A stretch of 64,000 nucleotides of DNA, from positions 14,270 to 78,269 of the forward strand of contig JABMNY010000003.1 of assembly GCA_013204385.1 (NCBI GenBank), read 5' to 3'. Positions 1 to 10,472 of this stretch are shown piece after piece. Under the pieces are notes generated by a model. The model saw only the letters and a program-made list of their open reading frames with translations. It had not been told where the DNA came from and ran no database searches. Origin of the DNA: Candidatus Uhrbacteria bacterium (GTDB lineage Bacteria > Patescibacteriota > Patescibacteriia > UBA9934 > GWF2-40-263). Each line of letters opens with the position of its first letter. The first letter of the stretch is position 1. The position numbers and the translations under genes were made by a program.

Positions 1-326
1 GTGGAGGTAATTCCACCAGGAACAGCCACCATCACCTCCGGACGGAACAATCGAACGCCTCCAAGGGCTTTGTTAATAAAATATCGGAGCATCGCCTCCG
101 TTGTGCGATAGTCTGCAATCACTCCGTCTTTGAGCGGACGTCTGGCCACAATCGAGTCTGGCGTTCGACCAATCATGTCTTTTGCCTCTTTTCCAACCGC
201 TAGGACTTTTTTATCAATGTATGAGACAGCCACCACGGAAGGTTCATGAATAATAATCCCTCGTTTAGGAACATAAACGAGGACAGTGGTGGTCCCAAGG
301 TCGATACCAATTTTTCTTTGAAACAT
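1..326 (-). CDS. mreB: Rod shape-determining protein MreB (5' part; runs off window)
   Basis: Manual translation from ATG at 326 gives IGIDLGTTTVLVYVPKRGIIIHEPSVVA...IGRTPDSIVARRPLKDGVIADY...VPGGITST, which are MreB signature motifs. Confidence 0.93.
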   Translation of the reverse strand, partial: MFQRKIGIDLGTTTVLVYVPKRGIIIHEPSVVAVSYIDKKVLAVGKEAKDMIGRTPDSIVARRPLKDGVIADYRTTEAMLRYFINKALGGVRLFRPEVMVAVPGGITS

Positions 327-328
327 AC

Positions 329-2347
329 CTATAAAGCAACGTGAATCTGAAGGTCTTGATCTAAAATCGTATTCAAACGGTAGTACGCATCTCCCCACTG
401 TCCAGCCTCTTCTGAAGGGCTTGCGTGTGTCACATTCTTACCAAAATCAAGGTTGAGCGTCAACGCATTATTTTGTGCTCCAGCCTGTTTCAAAAAAGTT
501 AAGTCATATTCTCCTGATTCAATGGAAGAAACCACCTCAGGAGAAAGCATGAACTCAAACATGAGCGTACTCTCCTGCCCAGGCTCAACAGAGGTAAACG
601 TTCCAAAAGAGACCAGCCCTAATTCTTCTACCACATCCACAGGACCTTCTGCCTTTGTGGGATTTTGCGTCTTGTCATTCAACCAAGATCCATCCACGCT
701 GAGTAATTCCGTTCCCTCAGGAAGATATACGCGTGTATAGGTACGGTACCGTGTCGTCTTCCAGTCAAACACGCCGGTATGCATGTACTCAATGGACACA
801 CGGGCAAGCCATTGATCCGCAGAGTTCTGATACACCTCATACGTCACGTGGCGTGCAACTGCTGGATCTGATTTCAAACTAGCAAGGTTCGCATCCACAA
901 CAAGGAGAGTGTCTACCGTCGAACTCTCAACAGAACCAGCCCAACCTGTACGCACCAAAACTTCTTCGACCGATTCCTCTGTGCTATACAATAAAAGTTG
1001 TTTCTCTTGAAGTGCTTGTTTCATGACGAAAAATACCTGTGGCCACTCTTGCGAAGAAAGCGCATAGAGCCGTGATTTCATTTCGTTTACAAGATCCGCT
1101 AAAATTTCTTTTCTTTGGGCTTCTAAAAGCCCGTCATTCACATATCCATACTGCACTTGATACTCGAGGAGGTCCGCCACATTCTCTGAGGTAAATGTCT
1201 GTCCAGCGACGGTAATGGGCCCCGTAATATTCAGAAGATCCGCGGCGAATGTTGCTGTAAGCCCTATGACATGATCGACGTGATCAACAGCTGGAACCGA
1301 AGATCCCTCAGGAAGAAGGGCAACTTCTTCTAGAAAAAGCTCTATTCCTTGTCTAGAAGACTCGGCAAAATCTGGAGACCAGTTACTGTCTCGAAAGAAC
1401 CAATTCGATGTTGCATTATAGCGACCGAGTGGTTCAGGGGCTGTTCGCGTGATCAATTCTTCAACCGCTCGATCCAAAGTATAGACGTCTGTTGTCTCAA
1501 GATGCGCAATATCTCCTCCATACATTTCAAGAACCCCATAGGAACCAATAAACCCTCCCCCCGGTCGCAACTCATTATTATTCAAAAACAGTAACAGGAT
1601 GGAGGACGGATCCTCAAGACCCGCAAACGCTGGCAAAATTCTCGCGGCAATTGAAAGCAGATATAACGGCTCCTGCATCTCTTCCAAATCTTGTGCAAGC
1701 GGATTCAACACAGAGAGGAGCGGTCCGACTTGAACAGATTGCGAGAGGAACACAATCTCCTCCTGCAAAATATCCATCTGTGCAACCAGAAGGTCTAGGT
1801 TATCAACCGAGGCTTCCAATCGTTGAAGAATAGATCGCTTTGTTTCAGTCGAAAGATCTTCAAACGTAACCTCTGGCTTCAGGCCTTCACGCATCTGTTT
1901 AAGATAAGAGGCACTTAATCCTGAAAGTTGCACAAGATCAGACCCTAAATCCACAAGTGGAATAAAGCTTGCGATCAAGCTTTCACTTGAATCAATGATA
2001 TCTGCAAATGACTCAATGGAACTCCCAATAACCGGCACCCATTGCATGGTACGAACGATTGGCATGACACGTGTGGCGGAAGTGAGAGAAACGGAGGCAT
2101 TCTCAAGCGCCACCTCTGCTGTATCAAATTCAAATTGTTCAACAGCGTCCTTTGCATTCAAAATATCGTCACGCGCATCAAAAAGAGTGGTCGTGAGATA
2201 AACGGCAGCCGCTGCACATCCACTAATCCACACAATTAGAACAACAACCATGAACACGAAAAAAACACGGAATGTTCGTGCGCGTGACTGTCGAACCTGA
2301 ACCTCTTTAGGTTCGGTCGTGTGAAGATAATTCGGTGCGTGTGTCAT
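329..2347 (-). CDS. DUF4012-type membrane-anchored protein
   Basis: N-terminal TM helix and helical region, then LFLNNNELRPGGGFIGSYG and FRDSNWSPDFAES motifs typical of DUF4012; start uncertain. Confidence 0.75.
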   Translation of the reverse strand: MTHAPNYLHTTEPKEVQVRQSRARTFRVFFVFMVVVLIVWISGCAAAAVYLTTTLFDARDDILNAKDAVEQFEFDTAEVALENASVSLTSATRVMPIVRTMQWVPVIGSSIESFADIIDSSESLIASFIPLVDLGSDLVQLSGLSASYLKQMREGLKPEVTFEDLSTETKRSILQRLEASVDNLDLLVAQMDILQEEIVFLSQSVQVGPLLSVLNPLAQDLEEMQEPLYLLSIAARILPAFAGLEDPSSILLLFLNNNELRPGGGFIGSYGVLEMYGGDIAHLETTDVYTLDRAVEELITRTAPEPLGRYNATSNWFFRDSNWSPDFAESSRQGIELFLEEVALLPEGSSVPAVDHVDHVIGLTATFAADLLNITGPITVAGQTFTSENVADLLEYQVQYGYVNDGLLEAQRKEILADLVNEMKSRLYALSSQEWPQVFFVMKQALQEKQLLLYSTEESVEEVLVRTGWAGSVESSTVDTLLVVDANLASLKSDPAVARHVTYEVYQNSADQWLARVSIEYMHTGVFDWKTTRYRTYTRVYLPEGTELLSVDGSWLNDKTQNPTKAEGPVDVVEELGLVSFGTFTSVEPGQESTLMFEFMLSPEVVSSIESGEYDLTFLKQAGAQNNALTLNLDFGKNVTHASPSEEAGQWGDAYYRLNTILDQDLQIHVAL

Positions 2348-3143
2348 GCCCCCTATGAGAATATTTCTTATAGTAGTATAGCGCACTTTTGATTTGAATT
2401 CTGGTGAGGGGGTTCAAAAGCTGTTTAAAAAATCCACCTTGCGCTGTTTCACGACGATGATAGTGAATGAGTTTGACAGGCGGATAATAGACGACGCGCC
2501 ATCCACGTTCCCAAAATCGACGGCACCAATCTTGATCCTCAAAATACACGAAAAAATTTGGATCAAATCCCCCCACCTCCTCCAATGCGCGTCTGCGAAC
2601 AAACATCGCCGCACCAAGGATATAATCGACATCTCGAATCTTCGCACGATCTTCCCCTACCATCAGATAGGAGTCCACGGAACGTTTGGCAAATGGGAGT
2701 GATCGCAAAAATGGCACGCGACGATACAAAATGACACGTGGATCCATAAACCGATACGCACTATGTTGTAGTGATCCATCAGGGTTTTGAAGTTGTGGTC
2801 CAACCATTCCAACGGTTGGATGTGAATCCATAAACGCCAGCAACTGTTCTACTGCCTGAGGCAGTAGAATCATGTCTGGATTGAATACAAAAAGATATCG
2901 ACCAACGGCCGTTTCCATCGCCTTGTTCATTCCGCCCCCAAATCCGATATTGCGGTCACTCACAAGACATTTCACTTCTGGAAATTCCGCTTCAACCATT
3001 GCTTGGACTCGCATGTTGGGATTATTGTCTACAACAATAATCTCATACGAAACAGATGGAGCTGCACGATAAATCCCCTTCAATGTTTGTCGAAGAAGTC
3101 CAGGAGTATTGTAGTGCACGATCAAGAGTGAAACATCTATCAT
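2307..3143 (-). CDS. Glycosyltransferase family 2 (WbbL-like)
   Basis: IIVVDNN, NIGFGGGMN, VFNPD, GGFDPNFFVYFEDQDWCRR motifs. Confidence 0.9.
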   Translation of the reverse strand: MIDVSLLIVHYNTPGLLRQTLKGIYRAAPSVSYEIIVVDNNPNMRVQAMVEAEFPEVKCLVSDRNIGFGGGMNKAMETAVGRYLFVFNPDMILLPQAVEQLLAFMDSHPTVGMVGPQLQNPDGSLQHSAYRFMDPRVILYRRVPFLRSLPFAKRSVDSYLMVGEDRAKIRDVDYILGAAMFVRRRALEEVGGFDPNFFVYFEDQDWCRRFWERGWRVVYYPPVKLIHYHRRETAQGGFFKQLLNPLTRIQIKSALYYYKKYSHRGHDTRTELSSHDRT

Positions 3144-4192
3144 ACAAACCATTTACGAAGATCTTTTGCCGAACGTTTAACGTGACTCATGGTCGCACAC
3201 CGTTTTTTCCACATCGTTGGCAAAAGCCCCACTGCTTCTTTAAACGCACGCCACCCAGTCCGTTCAAATACCAGAACGTATCCCAGTCGACCGATCTCAG
3301 TAACCAAGATGAGAGGAAATGAAAAAAGAAAATTGACGAATCGAAGATTTTTAAAAAGCATCAACCAATGATTCCGTGTTGAAAAAAAGTTTCTCAATGA
3401 CGATTTGTCTCGACGATTACGAAGACGTTCTCTGAATCCACTCTTTTCAGGTCCATACATGCCACGATAATGATACGCAATCGCTTGAGGCACATACAAT
3501 GCATCCCAGCCAGCATGCTGAAGACGCCAAGCGAGATCAACATCTTCTTTGTACGCAAAAAAGTGGTGGTCGAGAATTTCATCCTCATAGCGCACACCCT
3601 CAAGGGCAGATGCTCGATAGAGGGCAAGAGCCCCTGAAATCCCAAACACCTGTTCAACTTGTTCAAATTGTCCTTCATCCAATTCCCCTGCTCCACGATC
3701 TGTCACTGTGCGGTTTTTATGAGGGTTGAGTCCAACAGAATCAATCCGATCTGAACGAATAATCTCTTTGAACAGTTCGTCTCCCAAATTCTCTCCAAAT
3801 GCGCGGAGAAGCTTTCCTCCAAAACTTCCAACCTCTGGATGAGCTTTTGTCACTGCGACAATTTCTGCAAGAAATGTCTCTGACAACAAAACGTCCGGAT
3901 TTGTCAGTAGCACAAATCGATCTTGAACTTCTTCCTTTGGCCAATGCTCCAGAGCATAGCGAATCCCCTGATTATGTGCCGCTGAAAATCCAAGATTTCG
4001 TGCATTTCTTAAAAACGTAATTTCAGGATAGTTTTCACGTAAAAATGACTCAATTCCATCTGTTGAAGCATTATCAATAATAAGCACATTGAAATCCCGG
4101 TAGGTCTGCCCCATAATGGATTCTAAGAGATCTGGAAGGAACCGCATGGAGTTCCAAGTCACAATATGAATGCTGATAGATGGATACGTCAT
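3140..4192 (-). CDS. Glycosyltransferase family 2
   Basis: IIDNASTDG, NLGFSAAHNQGI, LTNPD, FFAYKEDVDLAWR motifs. Confidence 0.9.
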   Translation of the reverse strand: MTYPSISIHIVTWNSMRFLPDLLESIMGQTYRDFNVLIIDNASTDGIESFLRENYPEITFLRNARNLGFSAAHNQGIRYALEHWPKEEVQDRFVLLTNPDVLLSETFLAEIVAVTKAHPEVGSFGGKLLRAFGENLGDELFKEIIRSDRIDSVGLNPHKNRTVTDRGAGELDEGQFEQVEQVFGISGALALYRASALEGVRYEDEILDHHFFAYKEDVDLAWRLQHAGWDALYVPQAIAYHYRGMYGPEKSGFRERLRNRRDKSSLRNFFSTRNHWLMLFKNLRFVNFLFSFPLILVTEIGRLGYVLVFERTGWRAFKEAVGLLPTMWKKRCATMSHVKRSAKDLRKWFV

Positions 4193-4203
4193 ATGATGCC
4201 CCT

Positions 4204-4947
4204 ATGGTAGACAACAACGCCCAACAAAACAACTCCCCAGACATTCGACCAAAAGTTGGAGTCGGCGTTCTTATTGTAAAAGAAGGAAAAGTACTTCTTG
4301 GGAAGCGAATCGGATCTGATGGAGCAAGGACTTGGAGTACGCCTGGAGGACATCTAGAATATAGAGAACGTTGGGACGAATGTGCTCAACGAGAAACACG
4401 AGAAGAAACAGGTCTTGAGATAAAAAACCTACGGTTCTTTGCGGTAACGAATGACCACTATCCTCAAAGTAAAAAGCACTACATCACAATCATCATGTTA
4501 AGCGATTGGAGTGAAGGGGTAATTGAAAATCGAGAACCAGAAAAATGTGAACAGTGGGAATGGTTTCAATGGGAAGAACTCCCCAGACCTCTGTTCACAC
4601 CCATGAACACGATCGTTCGCCAAGGCCTGCACCCACTCGTAGTCAGGCATGACAAACTCGTTCGAGATCGAATGGCAGAGATTATCGAGTCTCATGGAGA
4701 CACAGCGATTACCTCCACGGCTGATGACCATGAATTTAAACACCGCCTTCGATTGAAGCTGATTGAGGAAGTAGAAGAGTACCTTGAGAGCGAATCACCT
4801 GAAGAACTCGCAGACATCCTGGAAGTCATTCATTCACTCACTGCCCTTCATGGAGTGAACCGCGAACATCTCCATCTGATTCAAACTAAAAAACGCGACG
4901 AGCGCGGAGGGTTTGATAATCGGATTGTCCTAAAAGAGACGAGGTAA
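4204..4947 (+). CDS. Nudix hydrolase fused to all-alpha (MazG/HisE-like) NTP pyrophosphohydrolase domain
   Basis: Nudix box GGHLEYRERWDECAQRETREETGL; C-terminal KLVRD...KLIEEVEEY...EELADILEV...KRDERGGF. Confidence 0.82.
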   Translation: MVDNNAQQNNSPDIRPKVGVGVLIVKEGKVLLGKRIGSDGARTWSTPGGHLEYRERWDECAQRETREETGLEIKNLRFFAVTNDHYPQSKKHYITIIMLSDWSEGVIENREPEKCEQWEWFQWEELPRPLFTPMNTIVRQGLHPLVVRHDKLVRDRMAEIIESHGDTAITSTADDHEFKHRLRLKLIEEVEEYLESESPEELADILEVIHSLTALHGVNREHLHLIQTKKRDERGGFDNRIVLKETR

Positions 4948-6432
4948 TTACCTCGCCTTTTTTGTTACTTGAAATCCAAGGTATTTTCCAATCATGAGTC
5001 TTGTTTGTGCATCGATTGCTGGGAAGGATCCAAATACGATAAATGTGACGGGAAGCAAAAGCCATTGCAATCCCATTACAAGCCACGTATGTCTGCGCAC
5101 TTGTGAAGGACGTGCTGGAAGCAACGTAAGCGACATCATAGCTGAAACAAAAATTCCAACCATCGCGAACTGCATGAGCTGTTCGAGCGTAAACGGGGCA
5201 GCTTGAATCAAGGCGTTTGTCTCCCCTTTTGCCACCCATAACGGCAACCATCCTAAAACGAACATGATGATGGGCGCGGTCGCCCATGTAAACATTCCTT
5301 CGATGTGATTAAACACATATTGAAACTTCTTTCTTTTTGAAATGAGTGGATCGCGTTTAAATCCATCAATCACATACGGAAGATGCTCCACTCCCCAAGC
5401 CCATCGACGCATTTGAATGTATAGCGCCTTCATCGACTCCCAATACGTCTTCCCTGTTACGGCGTCCATGGAGACAGGCAGGAACATTGGGGTCACACGA
5501 TAATCCCCGTGATAATGAAGGAACGCCTGCATGAATATTCGTGAGTCCTCACTCACGATATCTTTCTGCCAAAACCTGACATCCTTCAACATCTTCCAAG
5601 GCATGGAGTGTGAAGAAAACGTCCAAAGACGTTCAGACCGCGTAAGCTCTCCAAACAACCAAAAGGTTGTTCCAAACGCCCCAATACGGACCGGTGCAGA
5701 AGCAGACCAAATATTGTTTGAGAAAAGCGCGATAGGCTGATAGGAAGAATGTGTAGGGTCCTCCACAGTACAGTAGAGATAAGTGAGATACGAAAAATAC
5801 TGGGGATGTGCAATTGTATCGATATCAAACGCCGACACAACAACATCCTCATCTTGAACCTCAGGAAACTGCGTTGCCAAAATCTTCTCCATGGTATGGC
5901 CCATCCAGCTCAAATTTGATCCCTTCCCAGGAATTTCATCCGGAAGCCCCTTTGGATGCACTGTTGAACCAAAATACTTAAACACCGAACCAAATTCTTG
6001 TTCAGCACGACGAACTATTTTTTGAAAAGCCTCCTGATCCGCTTCTTCTCCCCCTAGCACAACCATCATGCGACTGTTTGAAAATCGATTATCTTTGAGA
6101 GAGCGAAGTGTAGAGCGAATAATCTCATACCCCTCCTTATATGTCGGCAGAAGAATCATGTGCACAATCCGATCAGAACCCTCAATCGATGAAAGTTTTG
6201 ATTGCCAATCTGTTTTATTCGCCTGACGATATCGATTCCACGAGATCACCACAAAAATATTGAAGTACAGCACACGAAACAACCACAACAAATCAAACAC
6301 GATGATAAAAATGATCACCCACAGAGGTTGGAAGAAACTCAGAATAAGCGCAATAGAAAAAGTTCCCCAAACCAAGAGGCCGGGGAACATTTCCCAAAAA
6401 CGCATCGATCCGTAGGTGTAAGGTTCTCGCAT
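4948..6432 (-). CDS. Membrane-bound GT2-like glycosyltransferase
   Basis: N- and C-terminal TM helices; PTYKE, GKGSN, DID, SED and QMRRWAWG (QxxRW) motifs. Confidence 0.8.
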   Translation of the reverse strand: MREPYTYGSMRFWEMFPGLLVWGTFSIALILSFFQPLWVIIFIIVFDLLWLFRVLYFNIFVVISWNRYRQANKTDWQSKLSSIEGSDRIVHMILLPTYKEGYEIIRSTLRSLKDNRFSNSRMMVVLGGEEADQEAFQKIVRRAEQEFGSVFKYFGSTVHPKGLPDEIPGKGSNLSWMGHTMEKILATQFPEVQDEDVVVSAFDIDTIAHPQYFSYLTYLYCTVEDPTHSSYQPIALFSNNIWSASAPVRIGAFGTTFWLFGELTRSERLWTFSSHSMPWKMLKDVRFWQKDIVSEDSRIFMQAFLHYHGDYRVTPMFLPVSMDAVTGKTYWESMKALYIQMRRWAWGVEHLPYVIDGFKRDPLISKRKKFQYVFNHIEGMFTWATAPIIMFVLGWLPLWVAKGETNALIQAAPFTLEQLMQFAMVGIFVSAMMSLTLLPARPSQVRRHTWLVMGLQWLLLPVTFIVFGSFPAIDAQTRLMIGKYLGFQVTKKAR

Positions 6433-7112
6433 TAACGTTCTGATGAAATATCTTTCTTTAATCGAGTCAAGAAACGAGACGCATGTTCTTGTCCCCCAAG
6501 CCCAAATGCCAACCCACCTGAGAGCGCAAGCATTGCAATAAGTCCGGTAAAGAGAACACGAATGAGCTCAGGGGCAATTTGCAACTGCACGAGTGCTGCC
6601 ATGAATGTAAAGATCAAAATCGCCCACTTAGCAATTCCTGAGAGAAAATCTGCAGAAGAAAGTTTTGCTGCTTCTACAGCTGTTTTTACAACGTTCTGAA
6701 CAAAATTTCCAAGCAAGATTCCTGCAAGGAGAATAATAACTGAAATAATGACATTTGGAACAAAGAGAACAACTTGCTGGAGATAATCAGTCACCTGATC
6801 CCAACCAAGAATATCTGTTGCGGCAATCAGGGCAATAATAATCACAAACCACTTTACGATCCATCCAAGAAGGGCTCCGATATGAAGCCGAAGACCAGCT
6901 CGCTCAAACTGAGAAGTAATGTCCAAACGTTTTGCAAGTTCATCAACTCGCAAAAGAGCAATCACCTTAATTACAACGCTTTGCAAGACATGAGCAACGA
7001 TCGCTCCAATAATGAAGACAATAATCGCTCCTAGTAAGTTCGGAAGATACGCAACGATCGTATCCCAAAGTTGCAACAACGGACCTTGAAAAATATCTTG
7101 TGAGAAATACAT
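6432..7112 (-). CDS. Conserved TM-helix repeat protein (CmpX/MscS TM-region-like)
   Basis: YLPNLLGAII and FVPNVIISVII repeats; C-terminal GLAFGLGG. Confidence 0.75.
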   Translation of the reverse strand: MYFSQDIFQGPLLQLWDTIVAYLPNLLGAIIVFIIGAIVAHVLQSVVIKVIALLRVDELAKRLDITSQFERAGLRLHIGALLGWIVKWFVIIIALIAATDILGWDQVTDYLQQVVLFVPNVIISVIILLAGILLGNFVQNVVKTAVEAAKLSSADFLSGIAKWAILIFTFMAALVQLQIAPELIRVLFTGLIAMLALSGGLAFGLGGQEHASRFLTRLKKDISSER

Positions 7113-7168
7113 AGGGTATGGATGTTAAAAATTACACGAATGATACGTATACAGTATCACTTTCCTCT

Positions 7169-7582
7169 TTATTCGGGCATGCTCGTTATCCCCATTACTT
7201 GATTACTCTGTGTGATAAGCGGAGGTCGATCATAGGAGGAGTTCACAGACGCACCCCCTTCAAACGTTCGTCCTGCCAACAATTGAGCAAGATCCAGACG
7301 ATCTGGATTTTCTAATCCAAAAATGGGAATAGATTGTGTAAATGCAATCCCATTCGCGATCGTCGTACTTATACGACTCGCCGTAAACGATCCCGGGCCT
7401 GTCACAACAATCACCCCTTTAAGTTGTTCAAGGTTCACTGATTGCTCATGAAGGAACCGATTCAGAGCAGAAAGAAACCCTTCAGGTGACTCAACTAATG
7501 TCACTTCAAATTGAATCTCCATCCCTTCAGACAACCCAAGCGTAAGAGAATGAATGTCTTGTGAGGCAATGAGTAGATACAT
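7169..7582 (-). CDS. tsaB: tRNA threonylcarbamoyladenosine biosynthesis protein TsaB (short form)
   Basis: VVTGPGSFTASRI...ANGIA motif. Confidence 0.8.
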   Translation of the reverse strand: MYLLIASQDIHSLTLGLSEGMEIQFEVTLVESPEGFLSALNRFLHEQSVNLEQLKGVIVVTGPGSFTASRISTTIANGIAFTQSIPIFGLENPDRLDLAQLLAGRTFEGGASVNSSYDRPPLITQSNQVMGITSMPE

Positions 7583-7583
7583 A

Positions 7584-8189
7584 TTACCCCTTGATATTAT
7601 CAATCATCACGACACGTTCTCCGTTCAAAATAGAAGAAAGAAATCGATCTGATACTTGACGGCGATCAAGAAACTCATCCTTTGGCATCAATGTATAGTT
7701 AATCTCGTACGGAATTTCATCTTCAAACTTCCCAATCACCTTTTCTAGATCTTCCTGCTTAATTGAACCAACAATCAATATATCTGTGGCAATATCCGTT
7801 GCGTCCACAAAACGTCCCGTAAAGGCAAAATAGTCTATTTTCCCTTTTTCTTGGATTTCTTGAACAAGATTCTGTTTCAGGAGAATTTGTACTTTTTGAA
7901 ATAATGATCGAAGATCCTCAAACAGGATAAAATCTTTATCCACCCCATAATACTTCTTTCTATCGGACAATCGCTTCGCATCCTTCTTTTCGCCTACTTT
8001 TTCATACAAAAGACCAAGTTCTACAAGGTTTTTTAACTCTCTCCTAACAGAATTCAACTGTGCATCGATTCTTCGAGTGAGCTCGCGAACAAAAAAAGTA
8101 TCGCCAGGTTGTTGCAGAAACAAGGCAATAAGCCTTGCTCTGGTCTTAGAACCAAACATCTGCTCAAGTTTAAAAGGTTTTTTCATCAT
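7584..8189 (-). CDS. Winged-HTH protein with C-terminal nucleotidyltransferase-like domain
   Basis: FGSKTRARLI...FVRELTR...NSVRRELKNL HTH; C-terminal TDILIVG and EINYTLM. Confidence 0.65.
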   Translation of the reverse strand: MMKKPFKLEQMFGSKTRARLIALFLQQPGDTFFVRELTRRIDAQLNSVRRELKNLVELGLLYEKVGEKKDAKRLSDRKKYYGVDKDFILFEDLRSLFQKVQILLKQNLVQEIQEKGKIDYFAFTGRFVDATDIATDILIVGSIKQEDLEKVIGKFEDEIPYEINYTLMPKDEFLDRRQVSDRFLSSILNGERVVMIDNIKG

Positions 8190-8259
8190 ACATGATTCAT
8201 TTGCGCCCCCAGAGCATCTAGGTATAATGTACACAAATGACCATATCCGGGCAAATTAT

Positions 8260-10470
8260 ATGAGCGTCGAGATTAAAGGAGCTTCCTACGAACCTCAAAC
8301 ACCTGATGAACACATCCGGGGTATCTCTCTCCTCCTTCCGATCCAGGAACGAGGTGGATTTATTTTTTTAACTGCCTACACAAAAAAAGAAAATGCCGAT
8401 TCGGAGTTTCTTCTTCAAGTGTTGATGGATCAGACAAGACGTCTCGCTGATACGTTTGGCAAGGAGGCAAATCCACAACATCGTTTTGAACAATTTCTTG
8501 GTGCGCTAAACGAAACGCTTGCAGAACATGTTCGTGAAGGTCATTGGAATCTTCCCATCGATCAATTTCATGCGTTGATCGGGATTGCTTCCACGACACA
8601 GATGTATCTCTCAGGAACAGGTGAACTCGTCGCACTCTTTCTTCACAAAAAACCATCTCAACGCTACCAGGTCTTCAATTTATTTCGTGGCCTGCAAACA
8701 GAACAGTCATTGTTGACATGGGAAAAAGCCTTCGCGATCGTGTTGGATGGTGATCTCCATCCAGGGGACGTTTTTTGTGTCACAGACAAAGATATTCAGC
8801 AGATGATTCCAACAGATGAACTGAATCATATTCTCTCTTCCCTCCCCCCCATTGGGGCCGTAGAAAAAGTGCGTCAATATTTCTCTCATAAAGAAGGACT
8901 ACTTTTGACGATTCTAAAAACAACGGATGATGCCATCCCCTCAAGCTCTCATCAGAGTCGTTCTGCTGTCCTACAATCCAACCTTTCTGTTGAAGAACTC
9001 AACTCCACAGAAACCACTACTGATCGACTTCTTGATGACCAACGACCAAGTATTTCAATCATCATTAAGAAAATAACGGCGTTCATTCAGTCAAAAACGG
9101 ACCAACGATCACGTCTCTTAAAAGATCTTCAGACGCAAGGTAGTCTGCAACATAGCATTAAGAAAATTGGAAGAATCGTTTGGAAAGGAGGAGTGTTCTT
9201 TGGAAAATACAGTCTAAAGAAAGCCACGAATACAGCACATCTTCTTAACAATAAGGAAGAACGCACAAAGATAAAGGAACACCTTCAAATCAAACAGAGA
9301 GATGCTCATGGAAGTGTTCTCTCACTGGTATCGCGTGTACGTGGTGTTCAAACATCTACAAAATACCTCATAGGAGGAATCGCCGTTGCTCTTCTTGTGT
9401 TAACGATTGGAATTTCTGTCATCTCAAAATCTCAATCTCAAGCCACAGACGAACGCGTCTACCAAGAACATCTCACAGAGATTGAAGATATTATGGAGCG
9501 CGCAGCAGGAGCTGTTATCTACAAAGATGAAAATCAAGCTCGTAGTCTGTATGTGAATGCACAAACACTCATCGAAGAACTTTCTGTAAGCACACCAGAG
9601 CGAGAAGAAATCTCTCAAGGATTGAATAATGATCTTCAGGCAGCACTCAATGAGATTCGCCATCTGGTCACCATTCCGAACCCACCATTGCTTGCAGATC
9701 TTGCACTTCTCACAGATGGAGTCTTTGGAAACACCCTTCTCTTCAACGGAAATTCAGTCTATGTCGCAGGATCTGATGGAAGAGTCTATCTGTATAACAA
9801 TACAGAAAAACGATTCGAGAGCGTCACAGCCACACCCGAAGAAGCAATCTCATCCATTGCGTCGACAGAGGAAGATGGAAGAATGTACCTCCTAAATAGC
9901 TCAGGATCTGTTTCAAGCATCTCTCTTGAAAATACTTCCGTAAGCGCACTTGGGATCGCAGATGCGTATTGGATTGATTTTGAAGCATATGCGAATCGTC
10001 TCTACTTTCTCCGTCCGAGTGGAAATGGAGTAGAAGGCCAAATTATTCGATTCAACAGAAGTGGATCCTCATTCACAGACGAATCAGAATGGATTACTTC
10101 ACGGACAGTTTCATTCGATCATGCAGTTTCAATCGCCGTAGATGGAAATGCTTATGTTCTTATGCAGGATGGATCTATCTCCCGTTTTGCCAGCGGAGCA
10201 GAAGAGGGATGGGATACAGGAATTGTTGATCCACGTATCACGCAAGCGACAAAACTTTGGACAGACACAGAAAGTGAGTATCTCTACATTCTCGAACCCA
10301 CCACCCAACGTCTGATTGTGTTTAAAAAAGATACTGGAGAGTTTGTTGTTCAATATCGATCTGATGCCTTCTCAGGTATCACCGACTTCATTATTGACGA
10401 AGCAGGTTATACCATTTATCTTTTAGCTGGATCAAAACTTTATTCAATCGCCCCAAGTCATCTTGAATAA
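8260..10470 (+). CDS. Large membrane protein: cytoplasmic N-terminal domain (PP2C-like fold?), TM helix, C-terminal beta-propeller-like domain
   Basis: Long ORF with central TM (YLIGGIAVALLVLTIGISVI) and repeated beta-strand motifs (SVYVAGSDGRVY, RMYLL, RLYFL, IAVDGNAYVL, YLYILEP). Confidence 0.6.
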   Translation: MSVEIKGASYEPQTPDEHIRGISLLLPIQERGGFIFLTAYTKKENADSEFLLQVLMDQTRRLADTFGKEANPQHRFEQFLGALNETLAEHVREGHWNLPIDQFHALIGIASTTQMYLSGTGELVALFLHKKPSQRYQVFNLFRGLQTEQSLLTWEKAFAIVLDGDLHPGDVFCVTDKDIQQMIPTDELNHILSSLPPIGAVEKVRQYFSHKEGLLLTILKTTDDAIPSSSHQSRSAVLQSNLSVEELNSTETTTDRLLDDQRPSISIIIKKITAFIQSKTDQRSRLLKDLQTQGSLQHSIKKIGRIVWKGGVFFGKYSLKKATNTAHLLNNKEERTKIKEHLQIKQRDAHGSVLSLVSRVRGVQTSTKYLIGGIAVALLVLTIGISVISKSQSQATDERVYQEHLTEIEDIMERAAGAVIYKDENQARSLYVNAQTLIEELSVSTPEREEISQGLNNDLQAALNEIRHLVTIPNPPLLADLALLTDGVFGNTLLFNGNSVYVAGSDGRVYLYNNTEKRFESVTATPEEAISSIASTEEDGRMYLLNSSGSVSSISLENTSVSALGIADAYWIDFEAYANRLYFLRPSGNGVEGQIIRFNRSGSSFTDESEWITSRTVSFDHAVSIAVDGNAYVLMQDGSISRFASGAEEGWDTGIVDPRITQATKLWTDTESEYLYILEPTTQRLIVFKKDTGEFVVQYRSDAFSGITDFIIDEAGYTIYLLAGSKLYSIAPSHLE

Positions 10471-10472
10471 CT

